A stretch of DNA of 63,639 bases, counting the filler, from Collodictyon triciliatum (taxonomy: Eukaryota), in NCBI GenBank assembly GCA_043381765.1. It is 3 parts of 3 records of this genome, joined end to end, with 100 filler letters (N's around TTAATTAATTAA, not from the genome) between each part and the next. Parts side by side here need not be neighbours in the genome. Positions count along the whole stretch, not along the records: positions 21,314 to 42,467 come from JBHJMP010001198.1; 2 more parts are not named here. One strand, 5' to 3'. The notes below the pieces were generated by a model. That model was not told the DNA's origin, did not search any database, and saw only the letters and a list, made by a program, of their open reading frames with translations. This document shows, piece after piece, positions 25,701 to 39,446 of the stretch (the first letter of the stretch is position 1; every line of letters starts with the position of its first letter). Made by a program: the position numbers and the translations under genes.

Positions 25701-28700
25701 AAACATGACATGCCAATTATGCGTTCATTTATTTATTTTTTAATTTTTACAAATTTTTAAGGGATATTATTATGAATAGGTTAAGGGAAAAAAGAAAACA
25801 CCTCTCCGTTTTCCGACTCCTCCCGTGAAACGCCCCATCTCAAATCGATGAATCTAATCGCAACTCCAAGCTTATGAGCGGCATTGATTATGCTATGAAG
25901 GAAATAATAACAAAAATTAATGAGGTTCTTTCTCAAGGATTGCTAATTGAATTTTTTCAACCTTGGTTGTGCGTATCTGCAGAAGCTCTCGCGAACCATC
26001 TTCATGTCCTTGAATGTGGAAGAGAGAAAAATGTGAATATCCTTCATACCTTCCTTTAATTTTTCCCTTTCTATAGGTTTTGTTCCCGGCATAATGAAAA
26101 CGCAAAGTGCTTGTTGGAAGCTTCAACCCCATGTATTCGGCCTGTTTGATTTCGTGCACTTCCCTACTGCTGCATTTGACGTTTGGATAAAACGGATTCC
26201 ATTTAATAGGAAAAGCAAGAAATTCGAGGTTTGTAAGTCGCTCTCCTTTGCTTTCAGGAACCAAGACTTCTGATTCAATCACATTTGCGAACTCTGGTCT
26301 GAGCAAGTGAATATGTTGATGAACTTTTCCTACTTGAAATTTCTCAATGCATTTTGGACAAATAATCCCTTCTTTTTGGATGGCAATATTTACCTTTGGT
26401 TTTATCAATTCATCCACAATGAATTTGATTGCTTTGTACGTACAACTTATACCGTTTAAGGTCTTAACAATAAGAATGATTTTTTGAGTGCTGGGTAGTT
26501 TGAGATACTTTGGTTGGTGTTGAGTCTCCTATTTATATTTAAATGCTTTGTTATTAGAAATGTACAAAGAGTTAAGAAAAGAAAATAATGACACTTTGTA
26601 TCCATCAAACACATATACCTGGAAAGTGGATGTTGGTAAAAAGTACAATAATGCAGCGAAATCGTTATTTTCATTCATCAGCATCCTGCCTTCCGAGTCT
26701 TCAGTCAATGAAAAGGGAAATATCATGCGTTGTTTGCTAAGAAATAAACTGGATGGTAATATCTTAGAGTAGGCATTCAACTTTGTCACAATATCACTGA
26801 TAATGTGGCTGATGCTATTTTTGGGAATTTCGTGTTGGTATTGAATAATGTAATGAACCGCTTCCTTAACCCCAGATAGGTCCGTAACCCAAACATCATT
26901 AGGTGTTTCATCATCCACAAGGATAGGAAAAATGATTTTCGTCTTATTAATATAATAAGCAAGTTTATAGTCACAAAATAGCTTTATGACCTGATTTGAA
27001 AATTCTGGTATCGAAGATGGTATTATTGATCTGCATTTTGATTTGATTACCATCTTTATTGCTTGTTTGAGCTCTGCTTCTTGGTAGATGCCTCTGATTT
27101 TGTTTCTTTGATTTTCTTTGAGAATTTGAGTTTTTGTGACGGCCTCAAGGTTAAAAACTTCACGGAAACATGATATCAATATGTCTGGGTCAAGAAAAAC
27201 TGCATCGCCCATTTTTTCGCCCTTTTCGTTCCAGACAATAATGCCCAAGTCGGCAAGGAATCGAAGAGCTGATTTAGTTTGCTCTGCATCTAAATCGAAA
27301 CTTCTGCCCATGTCAAGTGCATCTTTAATCGACACTGACGGAAATACCTGTCTCCACAGAATCAAAACGTCCTTGAGCTGATTGTATTTTCTTGGTATGT
27401 TTTGTCCGACATTCGGCAACTCTAATAACTCGCGGTGAATGTGCTCTTTCAGCTCGAATATGCCATCACCAGTATTGCTGCTAGTCATAAAATGACCGCA
27501 AAATATTATTTTACCCTTATAGTGTTCTAAGACTTTCAGTCTCTGATACGCTTGCTCACATGCTCCTTTGGCCTCATCCACATCCTTCTGGGCTTCGAAT
27601 GTGTCTAAGTGCGTTCCCACAAGGATAAGATGGGCTCCCGAGCAGATATTGGAAACCATATTAAGCCATTGAGCCACACTCGCCAGTTGCGGTTTTTCTG
27701 ACATATTGTAAACTACCAATGTTAGTGCGTTGCCAGCCAAGAAAAATGAATGAGTTGCGTGGAAAATATCCTGACCACCAAAGTCCCATATTTTTGTATT
27801 GATGCTTGGCTCTATATAATCCAGAAGAATACCATCTTTCTCAATTTCGATTCCATCCGTTCTTTTTCGTTCAGGGTCTACCGTTGAGATGAAACGTTCG
27901 GGTGTTCTGGGTTTGTCTTGCCTCAGCGACATTCTCAGTGTCGTTTTTCCTGCTTCTCCCTCACCAAGTAAAATGATTCTGCCTTCTCTGTTTGTGACTA
28001 CATCTCCAAGTGATGCAAGATAGTCATATATATCCGCAGAGTCTCTCTGAAGTACATTCAGAGGAATATTCTTGATAGTGTTCCCCTCAAAGCGGAGTCC
28101 AGTTCTTAATTTTTTTATATTTGCGAGGATAGTCGGGATTTCCGTTATCTGCATGATAAGAATGATTTTTCAAAGAATTGGATTGGTCTGTTGGCTTGGA
28201 AAGGAGAAGGCACTATTAGAAAAAGAAAATTACATGCGATTTTTTGTTATATACATTTGAATTGGATAAAACAAATGACCTTGTTGTGAGAGAAGTTCAA
28301 TTGTTCTAGGTTCGTGAGACCAGAGATAGAATCAGGGACTGCAGTCAGCTAAAATTGAAATTGTTTACAACAAAAAGCCTCATTCATATAATTCACTTCA
28401 AAAGAAAGTTTTCTATCATTTTTTACTTGACATTGCGATATATTCAGCCTTTTCATCCAAAACATGACACTGAAGCACGAAGGTATTGTTTTTATCTATT
28501 GTGTCACCAAAAAATTAATTCGAAATCTATATATTTAAATAACATTTCGGTCAATACGAGAAAAATAAATGATACTGAAATAATCGTGTATTATAAATAG
28601 AAACCTTGTTGAGTGACATATCCAAAAACTCGACCGCGTTCATGTAAGACAGATGTTCGGGGCATTCGGTAAACTATTTAAATCTTAATTTTAGACCTTA

Positions 28701-29987
28701 ATATCTATTGATATAGTTTTCATTATATAATATTTAAAACATAAGATGTTAAAATGAGTTACTTGATTATTACTGATGTTGAGATACGTCAATTTAGTCA
28801 AGCGTGTGATGTTACTTGGCAATTCAGATATTTCCATTCCGTAAAAATTAAGTGATTGGAAGCTAATTTGAATCTCACTTGGAATCCACCCGCCTACTAT
28901 CATCTCGTCCATCTTTTATTTTTATTTTATTTATTTATTTGGGTTTCTTCTTATTTTTCTTTCATGATTTTTAAATGTTTTCTAGTATATAAAATTTAGG
29001 TAACCACGGGAATTTCGAAGAGTTGCAGAGAACGGATGTGCTTGTGGTCTGAGCATCTCGTATTGTTCCACACCGGAAGTGTTGTGATGCCATTCGGTGC
29101 TCTCTGTATGGTTTGAGTACCGGATGTGCCTTTTATGACTAACTGCTTCAGATTTCTAAGTGCTGTAAATTGCGGTGGGAGTTCTTCAATCTGAACACAT
29201 TGGCATTAGTATAAATCTATTTTGTCTTCAATCAATCCGTGCGTCATTATAAAGGTACTATTTCATAAATACAAAAATCTGTAAATAATTCACCAAGTCT
29301 ACAAAAAAATTGTATATTATTTTAATGTCCTATAATGAAAAGGCATTTGATAAATATTTTCAAAAGCATTGTATATAAAAATTTTGTCGTCTAGAGTTAA
29401 TGCTAATCAAATCAGACAGGAATTATTCTATTGATATCTATTGTGACTGGTCTAAGCGTTTATGTAGATGTAGTTCTACTCACTTTGTTCTGGCTGATGT
29501 TAATAAAGCTCAGATTCACCAGGAGAGATATGTTGGCTGGGAGTGTAGATACCTATTTGCAAATTTCTTTTACAAAAGAGAGCATGAAATCCAAGCCAAA
29601 TACCAAAAAATGATACATGATAGTTGAAATTACTCTATTTGTGTTTATTTTAAAATTTTAATGGAATTATCATAATACCCTGTTGGTGGATACATCAAGT
29701 GACAATATTAGTGACAATGTACAGATGACTGTGGGAAAAAGATCAAACTAAAGTGCATGTAAATTTGTGAACACATTTTTATTCTGGATAGTCTTTATTT
29801 ATAGTTTCATCTAAAATAGTTTATGAATGTGTAACCATGTTGTATCTGAAGCTGATATTTGTGAGGTTCGTCAAGTTTGATATGTTTGCTGGAAGCGTAG
29901 ATATGCCTTTCTGTATGAAATTCAACGAGCGGAGTTGGACGTATGCGTCGTTTGGGGTCCATCCTGGCTTCATAATTTCATCCTCCT

Positions 29988-30043
<56 letters not shown>

Positions 30044-30714
30044 TGTTGATTAGCTTTTTTACGGGTAAGTATTTTATTTTTATTTAGCTTACTGGCTCGT
30101 AGAGCTGCAGGGCGTGTATACTTCTAATGTCTTTGTAAAAAGTGTCTGTGTTACTCCACACTGGAAGTGTTGTGATGCCACGCGGGGCCCTCTTTATGGA
30201 AATTTTCTCCTCGCTTTCGATGAAAAGGGTCTTCAGATTTGTGAGTGCTGTGATTTGTGGTGGGAGTTCCTCAATCTGAGTATATCAAAATTAGTGCAAG
30301 TATGCTTTATCTAAACTAGGATATACATTATAGCAAACGTAATGCTTTCTTGATTCAAAATCCTATGACTTATTTACCGTATCCACAACAATATTTTTCA
30401 TTTGTTTCAATGAAATAATAAAAAAATATTTTAAATAACCTTATTACAATGCATATTGTAGCCACAAACCATCACGTAGCGAGATGATTAGTTTCGAATC
30501 AGGTGAAATTTTATGTATCACATGATCTTCATTTAAATGTAAGGAGAGTGTCTTTTACGTACCTCGGTCTGACTGACGTCGATTGAACTCAGATTTACCA
30601 GGAGGGAGATATTGACTGGCAGCACAGACATATTTTTCCCCTTGAAATTTAACGAGCAGAGTTTGATGTATGCGTCGTTTGGGGTCCATCCTGGCTTCAT
30701 GATTTCAACCTCCT

Positions 30715-30773
<59 letters not shown>

Positions 30774-31576
30774 TTGATTAGTTATTTGTTATGTATAAGT
30801 TTTTTTTATTTGGCTTACCGGTTCGTAGAGCTGCAGGGTGCGAATATGTTCGTAGTCCTCACTGGTTTTATTCCAGCATGGAAGATTTTTAATACCATAT
30901 GGTGCTCTCTTTATGGTCTTACTGCCTGCGTTGCTTATCCCAAGTCTATGCAGATTTGTGAGCGTTATGACTTGCGGTAGAAGCTCTTCCATCTGCACAG
31001 ATAATGTTGTGAGACACTCTATGTTTTTAACATGAAACAAATAAGAAAATAATCAAATTAGTAAATAATCAAATGACTACATTGACACATAAACTCATAA
31101 ACTCATAAAAAATATTAATATAATACTGGGTTGCTTTGAACAGAAAGTTCTGAGAGTCTAGTTAAATAAGATATTTCTGGAGGTAGCAACGATAGCTTGT
31201 TGTCATAAACATTTAGATTTATGAGACCAGTTAAAAACGATATTAGTGGCGGCAATTCTGACAATTGGTTGCTACTAATTCCAAACCATGTGAGTTCAGT
31301 CAAATAAAATATTTCTGGTGGGAGTGACGAAAGTTGGTTTCCAGTTACATCAAGATATCTGAGACCGGTCAAACACGATATTTCTGGTGGCAGCGACGAA
31401 AGCTTGTTGTAATAGAGCTTCAATTCTCTCAGACTGTTCAGCAGAAAAATGCCAAGAGGCACAGTTGTCACCCCTTTGAATCCGAGGTGCAGTTCCGTGG
31501 AGATTTTTAGAGTGTGGATGAACCAATGCCCGGTGATTTTTGCGAGCTCCTTCAAAAGCGCAGCTTCATCAGCCAT
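22760..31576 (-). CDS. Roco protein: LRRs - Roc GTPase - COR - DUF4062 (TIR-like) - probable tandem SAM - C-terminal region (multi-exon; linkage of exons below ~24900 less certain)
   Basis: ATG at 31576 with LRRs (LSSLPPEISCLTGLRYLDVTGNQ). Exon 28148-~26620 has P-loop GEGEAGKTT, WDFGGQ, VGTHLD and COR motif ALRFLADLGII. Spliced IFLSSTFKDM...FIDLRWGV...FICFLGSRYGWIP...SATELE. Downstream exons splice in frame to a stop at 22760. Confidence 0.8.
24678..24743 (+). mobile_element. Micro retro-insertion with 19-bp target-site duplication
   Basis: AACAAGGAAACTTGATTTT at 24678-24696 and 24725-24743 flanks ACTTTGAATCGAATAAAGGAAAGAAAA. Confidence 0.75.
28762..30992 (-). repeat. Three tandemly duplicated two-exon LRR cassettes in the Roco gene
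   Basis: Exon A (xEELPPQ..L.NL..L.I...KRAPxGI..LP.W...LQLYEP) at ~30819-30992, ~30093-30275 and ~29025-29191. Exon B (EIMKPGWTPNDAY..L.SLNF...S.LP.NIS.L.NL) at ~30563-30713, ~29836-29986 and ~28762-28912. Confidence 0.85.
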
Positions 31577-32081
31577 GGTGGCGGAAAAGGAGTATTTTTT
31601 TTTTACGGGCTACAGGGATTGTGGGCGAGTGTACGGAGTTTCTAGTTAGTGTGCTGCATTGTTTTATTCTTTTTTGTGAGAACTGGTGACTGATCGCATG
31701 GATCAATGGTGCTCTATAGAGCTATAAAGGTGTTTACACATGCAGTAGGAAGCATATGGCGAAAGATTCCTGTCGAAGTTGCCCGGTAAAAATAACTCAA
31801 GAGAGTTGGGCTTCTGACAAGAGGATTGTCAAATGTCGCGCGAACGGTATCGAATTCCTCCACAAGTGGATGTGGGTGTGTATCTTATTTTGTATTTTCG
31901 ACATCATGGGTGGTAAGTCGTTCTTCTGTGTTGCCTGACACGGGCTAATCTGCAGTTATTCCCCGCGCACCACTATTGCAGCAGGTGCCTAGGCTCTCAT
32001 ATATGTACATGGTGCGCATTCCTGCTACAATATCGACGAATATATTAACATTTAGCAATATATTACTAAAAATAGGTTAAG

Positions 32082-33307
32082 GTGGTTGGTAATATCAAGT
32101 CCATAATCGCCTCTTGGAAAAGATTCCATCTGCCAGACATCGGAAAAGGAAGGCTATGGAACCAACTCATGCTATCGACCCTCATCCACAACATGAAGGG
32201 CTCTTACCTGCCACAAAAGTATCTCGACACACTGAAGAGTGTATGCCGCACCTTCATCACAAGAAAGAGACAGCAATACAAAATCAAAACACTGATTAAG
32301 CCACCCACAGAAGGAGGCATTGGACTCATCACACCTAAAACCGCATGGATATCACTGACCATGAAGTGGTGGACGTAGATGTTCATGCAGCCGAAAGGGT
32401 TTTGGCAAATTAGGATGTGGAAACTCATCGCCAAACTGTGTGCAGACTTCAAAACACAGTTGCAGCAAAGAACAATCCCACGACCACCTCCAAACACACC
32501 AGAGCCTTTGCTCTCGTGTTGGCAGATTCTGTATACTCATTGCGAAATGACAATACACCTGAACGAGCCATTGGCAGCAGGACAAATATGCTGGGACAAC
32601 CAGAAAGGCTTCTGCATCATCAAACAGATTCACGACATCCCCTTACACACCATCATAGAAATCTCATTCAAAGAAGACGGCGCATACATCACAACGCCAG
32701 GTTCCACCGCATTCTGCACACAAGATGCAAAGCCAACCACAGCCGTCCTGAATAACAAAGGAAAATGGCGCTCACGCAGACCAATTTATACGACATCCCG
32801 TCGCCATTCTTTTTCCGCCTCAAGAACGAACGCTCGTCTAACGGTGCGCAGTCTATTCAGTTCTCGATGGCTATGGCCTACTTCAAATTCTTTCGATACA
32901 AAATATAGCCGCCGACACCCTACAAAAAGTCAAAACATCAACGGTTAGGAGAAACACTGGGCATCACCCACACCCCGCTCACCGCGAGCTGGAGACAAGC
33001 GCGAACCCCGCAAGTCCTTCCAAATCACTGCTCTCTAATGCTTAATATCACCAATAGGGAGCTATGGATAGGCACACGCACAACAAAAGCTGTCAAAGTC
33101 TCCCAACAATGCACACTTTGCAGCAACGGTGATGAATCCATTGAGCACACATTTGTGCAATGTCCCTTCGCTCAAAACCTGCGCGAAACAGCCGGTGAGA
33201 TTCTTCGACTGACACTCAAGACGGCTGCGGCTGTTGGCCCAATCCAGGCGATATTTTTGCCTCTGCAACAGCTGCATCCAGATGCAAAAACATTCTGGGC
33301 AGTGACA
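32082..33307 (+). mobile_element. Degenerate, 5'-truncated non-LTR retrotransposon (L1/Tx1-like ORF2 C-terminus with zf-RVT)
   Basis: WKRFHLPDIGKGRLWNQLMLS...KPPTEGGIGL (post-RT motif) and CTLCSNGDESIEHTFVQC (CCHC zf-RVT). In-frame TAG at 32376-32378 and frameshifts. A/C-rich strand bias. Runs into an N gap. Confidence 0.8.
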
Positions 33308-36300
33308 NNNNNNNNNNNNNNNNNNNNNNNNNNNNNNNNNNNNNNNNNNNNNNNNNNNNNNNNNNNNNNNNNNNNNNNNNNNNNNNNNNNNNNNNNNNNN
33401 NNNNNNNNNNNNNNNNNNNNNNNNNNNNNNNNNNNNNNNNNNNNNNNNNNNNNNNNNNNNNNNNNNNNNNNNNNNNNNNNNNNNNNNNNNNNNNNNNNNN
33501 NNNNNNNNNNNNNNNNNNNNNNNNNNNNNNNNNNNNNNNNNNNNNNNNNNNNNNNNNNNNNNNNNNNNNNNNNNNNNNNNNNNNNNNNNNNNNNNNNNNN
33601 NNNNNNNNNNNNNNNNNNNNNNNNNNNNNNNNNNNNNNNNNNNNNNNNNNNNNNNNNNNNNNNNNNNNNNNNNNNNNNNNNNNNNNNNNNNNNNNNNTCA
33701 ATTAGTCATATCGATTCGCCTTTGGGAGGAACTTGGTCTCGATTCGAACCCATATCAAGGCACCTGGTAGTTGAAGCTCTTCAGAGTTGCAACTATTCCC
33801 AACCCTCTCGAGTGCATAGTGATGAGCCACGAAACGAGCTTCTGTACCCTGCTGGCCAGCACCCCTTAACTGACGTGCATCATAATCTTAATTTAGGCGG
33901 AAAAACTACGTTGGATTGTATAATAAAAATAAAAAGGAAACACCTTTCCTTGAATTATAAAGAAAGAGAGAAAATAATTAGTCACATCAGCCTTAGAGGT
34001 AGCAAAAAATGTATAAACTCCTACCAAAAAAAAAAGGATTTCCGACGGTAATCTGCTAATATATTGTTCCTTTTTTTAACACAATATTAAAGAATAAATG
34101 CATATTTAAAAAATAATAAAACATGAAAAGTAAAAAGTAAACTAGAAGCCATTGTGTTGCGTCAAGGTTTTGCAAGCCACCAAAACGAGTCAGATGAGAT
34201 ACTCGATAAGCAGCCCGCGTTGCTTTAGCCTGCACGAAGTATCAGCCATTTCTTTTAAAAATTCCCTAACACACATATAAAAGAATGGTAAATTTGTCTA
34301 TAACTATATTCAATAAACATGCATTTGGAAAAAAGTGGAAAAAGAGGGAGCAAGTTAACAAGCTATTAAGCTAGACTTTTAGCTCCGATATCGAATTGCG
34401 TCTGCAGTGCTCCCAAAGGCAACAGTCTGAAGTGAAAGGTACCAAAGTGCTGTGATTGGTTGCTTTGTGAATCGCGAACTACATTCCTTTCAACAAAATA
34501 TCTGGATGATACTGTCAACCACTGGTACATTTGATACACACGAACGTGCTTTTTTCTTCGACTAATGTGGAGCGATTATTATGGGCTTTCGTTTCTTATA
34601 ATGTGAATTTACATGTGTGAGGGTTCATGAAATCACCCATTGGCACGCATTCTATTATATGCAGTTGTAATATTTTCCCATCGTCGAAAGGGCGGTTACA
34701 AAAAAAAGAAACCACCAAAACTTGACTTATTTTCGGGGCAAATTATGTATAATTCATAAGAATTGTACATGTTAAGACATAATCACTGAATCTTTCTTTA
34801 ATTCGCGGCAAAAGCAGTCAAAATATTGCTGCACCTCGCAAAAAAGACACTTTTTCAAATACAATTCAAATGAAAGTAACGGAACGGGCAGTTTTGTTAG
34901 ACGTCATGTCCAGTCTTGGTCATTACCTTCAAGCCAATAGCAAGCCCGCTTCTTCATTCAGCAAAGACACTAACCCAGTTGTCGCTTTTGCCCTGTCTAT
35001 CACCATCTAATAATTTTTGCTTTGGATCACTTGTGCAACAAAAAAATTATTATAAAATAAACTTTACTTTCGTCTTTGTCGTATGACACATAAAATATTA
35101 TCAATTCCACAACAACAAAAAGTCACACACATCAATAATAGCTGTCACTTCACATTCCCAATTCCATCAACAAAATCGCAGTGTCCCTGAAGACCAGTAT
35201 CAAACACAGGCGCAGTACAGCGAGCGAATCTTTTTCGTGAGGAGCCTCATTTCTTTTTTTTTTTTTTTTACCACAACACAAAGCAATAAAAATAAAAGCA
35301 CTGATCAACATAAGGCCAAGCAAAATGAAAAACCTTGCACAAAAAGTCTTATTTTATGAATTAAAAAAGCTATAGCCCTATAAGCAAGTCTTTTACCTTT
35401 GTCAGAAAGCCAAAAGAGATGACCGAGAGTGGGGTAGTTTATCAAAAGTTGGCATATAACTCTAAGAATGGAAGACTCGAGTAGGAGCAGAGATGAGTAT
35501 GTTCAGCAATTTTTTTTAATTTTGTTCAACTCTGTCTTGCATTATCCCAGGGTCACGATGTTACTTGCGAACCAAAGCTAAAAACTTTCCAAAAAACTCA
35601 TTCACACATGCAAACACCTACTAATTAGACTATTATAATGGAATGTGCTAATGTTTTAGGGCCCTTATTATTACAAGTATTCGCTAGCCAAGATGAGCCG
35701 GGATTGTCTGGGCCGCAGAGCCTTACTATTACAGTGTATGATTTGCCACGCAACCATAATACCTGGGCTTTCACCTTTCCATGTCTTTTTGTTTATTCCC
35801 TCCATCATCATCGCTTGAGCTGAAGTATTTTTACATTAACAATGCAAAGTGGATTTTAGTCCCATATCATTTTGTGACGCTCCCAGTGGGAGTGGTGGCG
35901 ATCGGATCTATGGTCGCTGTGCTGCTCACATCACGCTCTTTTCGATGGATTTTGCACAGAGGCAGACTTAAATTACATATATTAGATACTACGTATTTGC
36001 TTTCAGATTAGTAGTTTGACCAGCTTTTCTTTTCTGTTTTGATATCAGCATTTTTCATAGAACTAATATATTGTTGGAGAAAAGATTGTTTATGCCTCGT
36101 TTCACTATTATAAATGCACTTGTTGTTTTCTATATTTGTTTCTTGATTATTTTCTATAAAGTGGTATCACTGCCGAAATAATATGCCAGGAGGATGATTA
36201 TCAGATTTAGACACCAGGCTCCTCATCGTTCGCTGTGCCTGGGAGATTGCTAATGAATAAGTAATAATAATCCACTTGTTGAAAGTTTTCTCTCAAATTG

Positions 36301-39300
36301 TTTAATAATATCAGCCACGGGTACATCAATATATATATATCGGTATTTCCTCTGTTTTTATCACTTATTTAAATACTAAATCATAGCTAAGTGACTCATA
36401 TTGCCAATAAGATAAACGAATTGCTTGGGAGATGGCCAAAAATAAGGGAAAATTTGAGCTTCGATGACTGCACCCTATATTCTTATATCTGTTAATTCGG
36501 AATAGGGTTGGTAATAATTAAAACTTTTTAACATGAAAATTGCTCCACTTAAAAGAAGCAGATTTTTTAAATTAGTCTGTTTGGCCTATGGTACACTATT
36601 GTAAAACAAAAAGAAGCTAACTGATCTGATCCAAAAATTACAAAGTTCACTTTATTACTAAAGAAAGATATTTTTTTTTATTCTTCCTTTCAATTTTGTG
36701 CAGGACCGTGGGGATGTTGGCTTTGGTTCGCTAGCCATCGTTTGTATGGGCGCTACTTGTTGGCCGGGTGGCGGAGAAGTAGTCGATACTCAGGATTGTG
36801 TCCTGCGGTTTGGCCTGTGGCCTGGGTGTTTCAAAGGGGTGTCTGGGGGGCATGGGGATTTTCCAAGAAGGGCAGACATGGAATAGAGGGGGGACAATTC
36901 CGTCGAGATGTGTTTTTGAGGGGTCGAAGCTCGGCGTAGATATGGTATCTCATTCCTCCCTCAAGGAAGCACTCTTTTGTTGACGTCATTTTCTTCGAAT
37001 GTTGTGGGGTGTGCTCCGTTGTCCGGCGAAGCACACCCCGTCTGCCTTGGATTGGGTATAACTAAGGACACAGGAGGAGGGCTCAGGGAATGCGTGGTAC
37101 AGGGCCGGAATCACACACACCGCGCACTCTGTGGGGTTCGAACCACGTTCGCGCAGGTCAGACGCTGTCCCATGCCAGCTGGACTACAACGTCTGCCCCC
37201 GACTAAAGAAAGAGAATATAAACGTGCGGTCGAAAAGCAGGCAATCTATCAACTGTTACTGATATTTACTATCACATTCTTTTTATTGATTCGCTTTGCC
37301 TAACTGTCAAGTTTGGGTTTTATTGACTAATGCACACCCAATATTCAACAGATTTAGTTAAAAGCTGATTAATCTATAGCTTCTACAACAAAAACACTGA
37401 TCAAATCGGCAAAACATTGATCTTGATTTGTTGGCCATAGCCTGAAGAAATATACTTGAACCTATTTTCCATTAGTAACAACAATATATATCTCCATCTT
37501 GGAAACATGAATGAATCGATGGCCATCAATTCAAGTGGCCCTGACGTGAATTCGATCCGAGGCCAAAATTTCCCCTCGAGGCGAATGACCACACGGCCAT
37601 ATCGACCTCCTTAAGTGTTGGCAACTTTAAAACAAAATCAATATTCTATTTAAAGGAAAGACATTCTTCACTCATTAAATTAAAACATAGTTATTACTTC
37701 CAACAGATGTTATCAAACGCCGTGTTCCAGATTAATATCATCCTAATTGTTCCTCTACGAAATCACTCGATGAAGTCGGGCAAACATATTCTTCTTTAAT
37801 AATTGAATATAGTTCAAGTTATCTAATAATATGACTATTTTGACAACTCTGATAAATTTCAATTGAATAATTATGCGTTTAACAATTATACGGTTTTAAA
37901 TAGAGGATATCTCTATTTTTTTAATGCAAATATACATATAATGATAGAAAATTAATTATATTTTGGTTAATTTTTCAATAGGCATCTATGAATCGAATAT
38001 TTGAATTTTTTATTGGTATATACTCAGATATTCATAGTTAAGGAATCAAAAGTATTATATCTGATTGCTTCATAATTTAGTTCAATAAATGAAGCAATAT
38101 TCAAAACAAACTAATCATTTTAAAATTGGATACTAATAAAATATTTTCTTTTTACTCTTATTTATTTGATTATATTCATTCGATAAATAATTCATTACAC
38201 CATGCAATTAAATAAAAAAAACACACAGATATTTTTCCAATTTGTAAACGTATTCTGTCAGACTTTTTATTTTAAATTAGAATATCAGTATATAAAGAAT
38301 AAAAATTTTTTTAGATACCATCAACAACTTCTCGTACATCGATTCCCATATCATCTGTTCACCCTGTATTTTGTAATGCTGATAAAAAAGAAATAATTTT
38401 AAAGCCATATATATTTAATATTTATCCATAAATTAAAATGAAAATTTGATATTTTGTAGATAAAGAAGCCTTTATTGAGAATACCTGATTTAATAGCCAA
38501 CTTTAGATTATTTCTTTATATAATATTTATATACACGTTATCTATGAACACAATCAAAGTAAATAGTCGACATATTTTCAATTGTAAGACGTTACATTCA
38601 TGATTTGGATACACATTAGGGTTTCTGGTACGCATTTGAACATGCAAATGTCTTGTCATATTGAATACCTTTAAAATCTCGTAAATAATTTAATAATTCT
38701 ATATTTTGTATTTATAGGTGTAGTTAACATTTTGATTGAAAATTAAATGTCATCTAATACAGAGATTCTTATATGGAATCATCAATTATTGTAGTTACTA
38801 TAATTTATTTTGATTGCGACTTAACAATCTAAATTTATGGGTCTCAAACTGAAACAATATGGAATTTATACATAAACTAAAGTTCAGATTATTTCTATGG
38901 TTTATTTCCATGCATTAATATATAAAAAGTATACTTTTTATATGTTTCGTATTTTTATATCATAAAATGCCTATATTTAACTATAAAATTGAATATATCC
39001 GAGAACAATTTTTTCACTACACTAACTCGCCAAAATCCGAGCATATACATTGAAACACAGTGAATTTTTGAGATATAATTTACAAGGCAACTCTAATATC
39101 TCTACAAGTCTATTATGATAATATTAAAAAAATATCAATTTATTTTGAATTGATAAAAAGTTTTTAATGCGTTTTCATGAAATAATCTGATTCAGTCACA
39201 CTATTATCAAATAAAATAGTTGAAGTTTATCAATCCATATTAATAAGAGTGCTTACGTATATATTAATATATATAAATTTAATTGATTCATACTTAATAT

Positions 39301-39446
39301 TAGATTTATAGCTATTTTTCTCTGAACCAATCAGAAAATTGAGTGCAGCAGTTAAATATTATGGAATAAAGATTTTTTTTATTGAAATTAAGATCATTTC
39401 ACCATTAAAATTTATCAACTTAAAATATGCATCAAACTATTTTAGA

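Noticed and set aside
33735-33755. tRNA/SINE B-box-like GGGTTCGAATC on the minus strand (similar motif near 37135)
   Set aside because: No cloverleaf stems or A box could be built around it.
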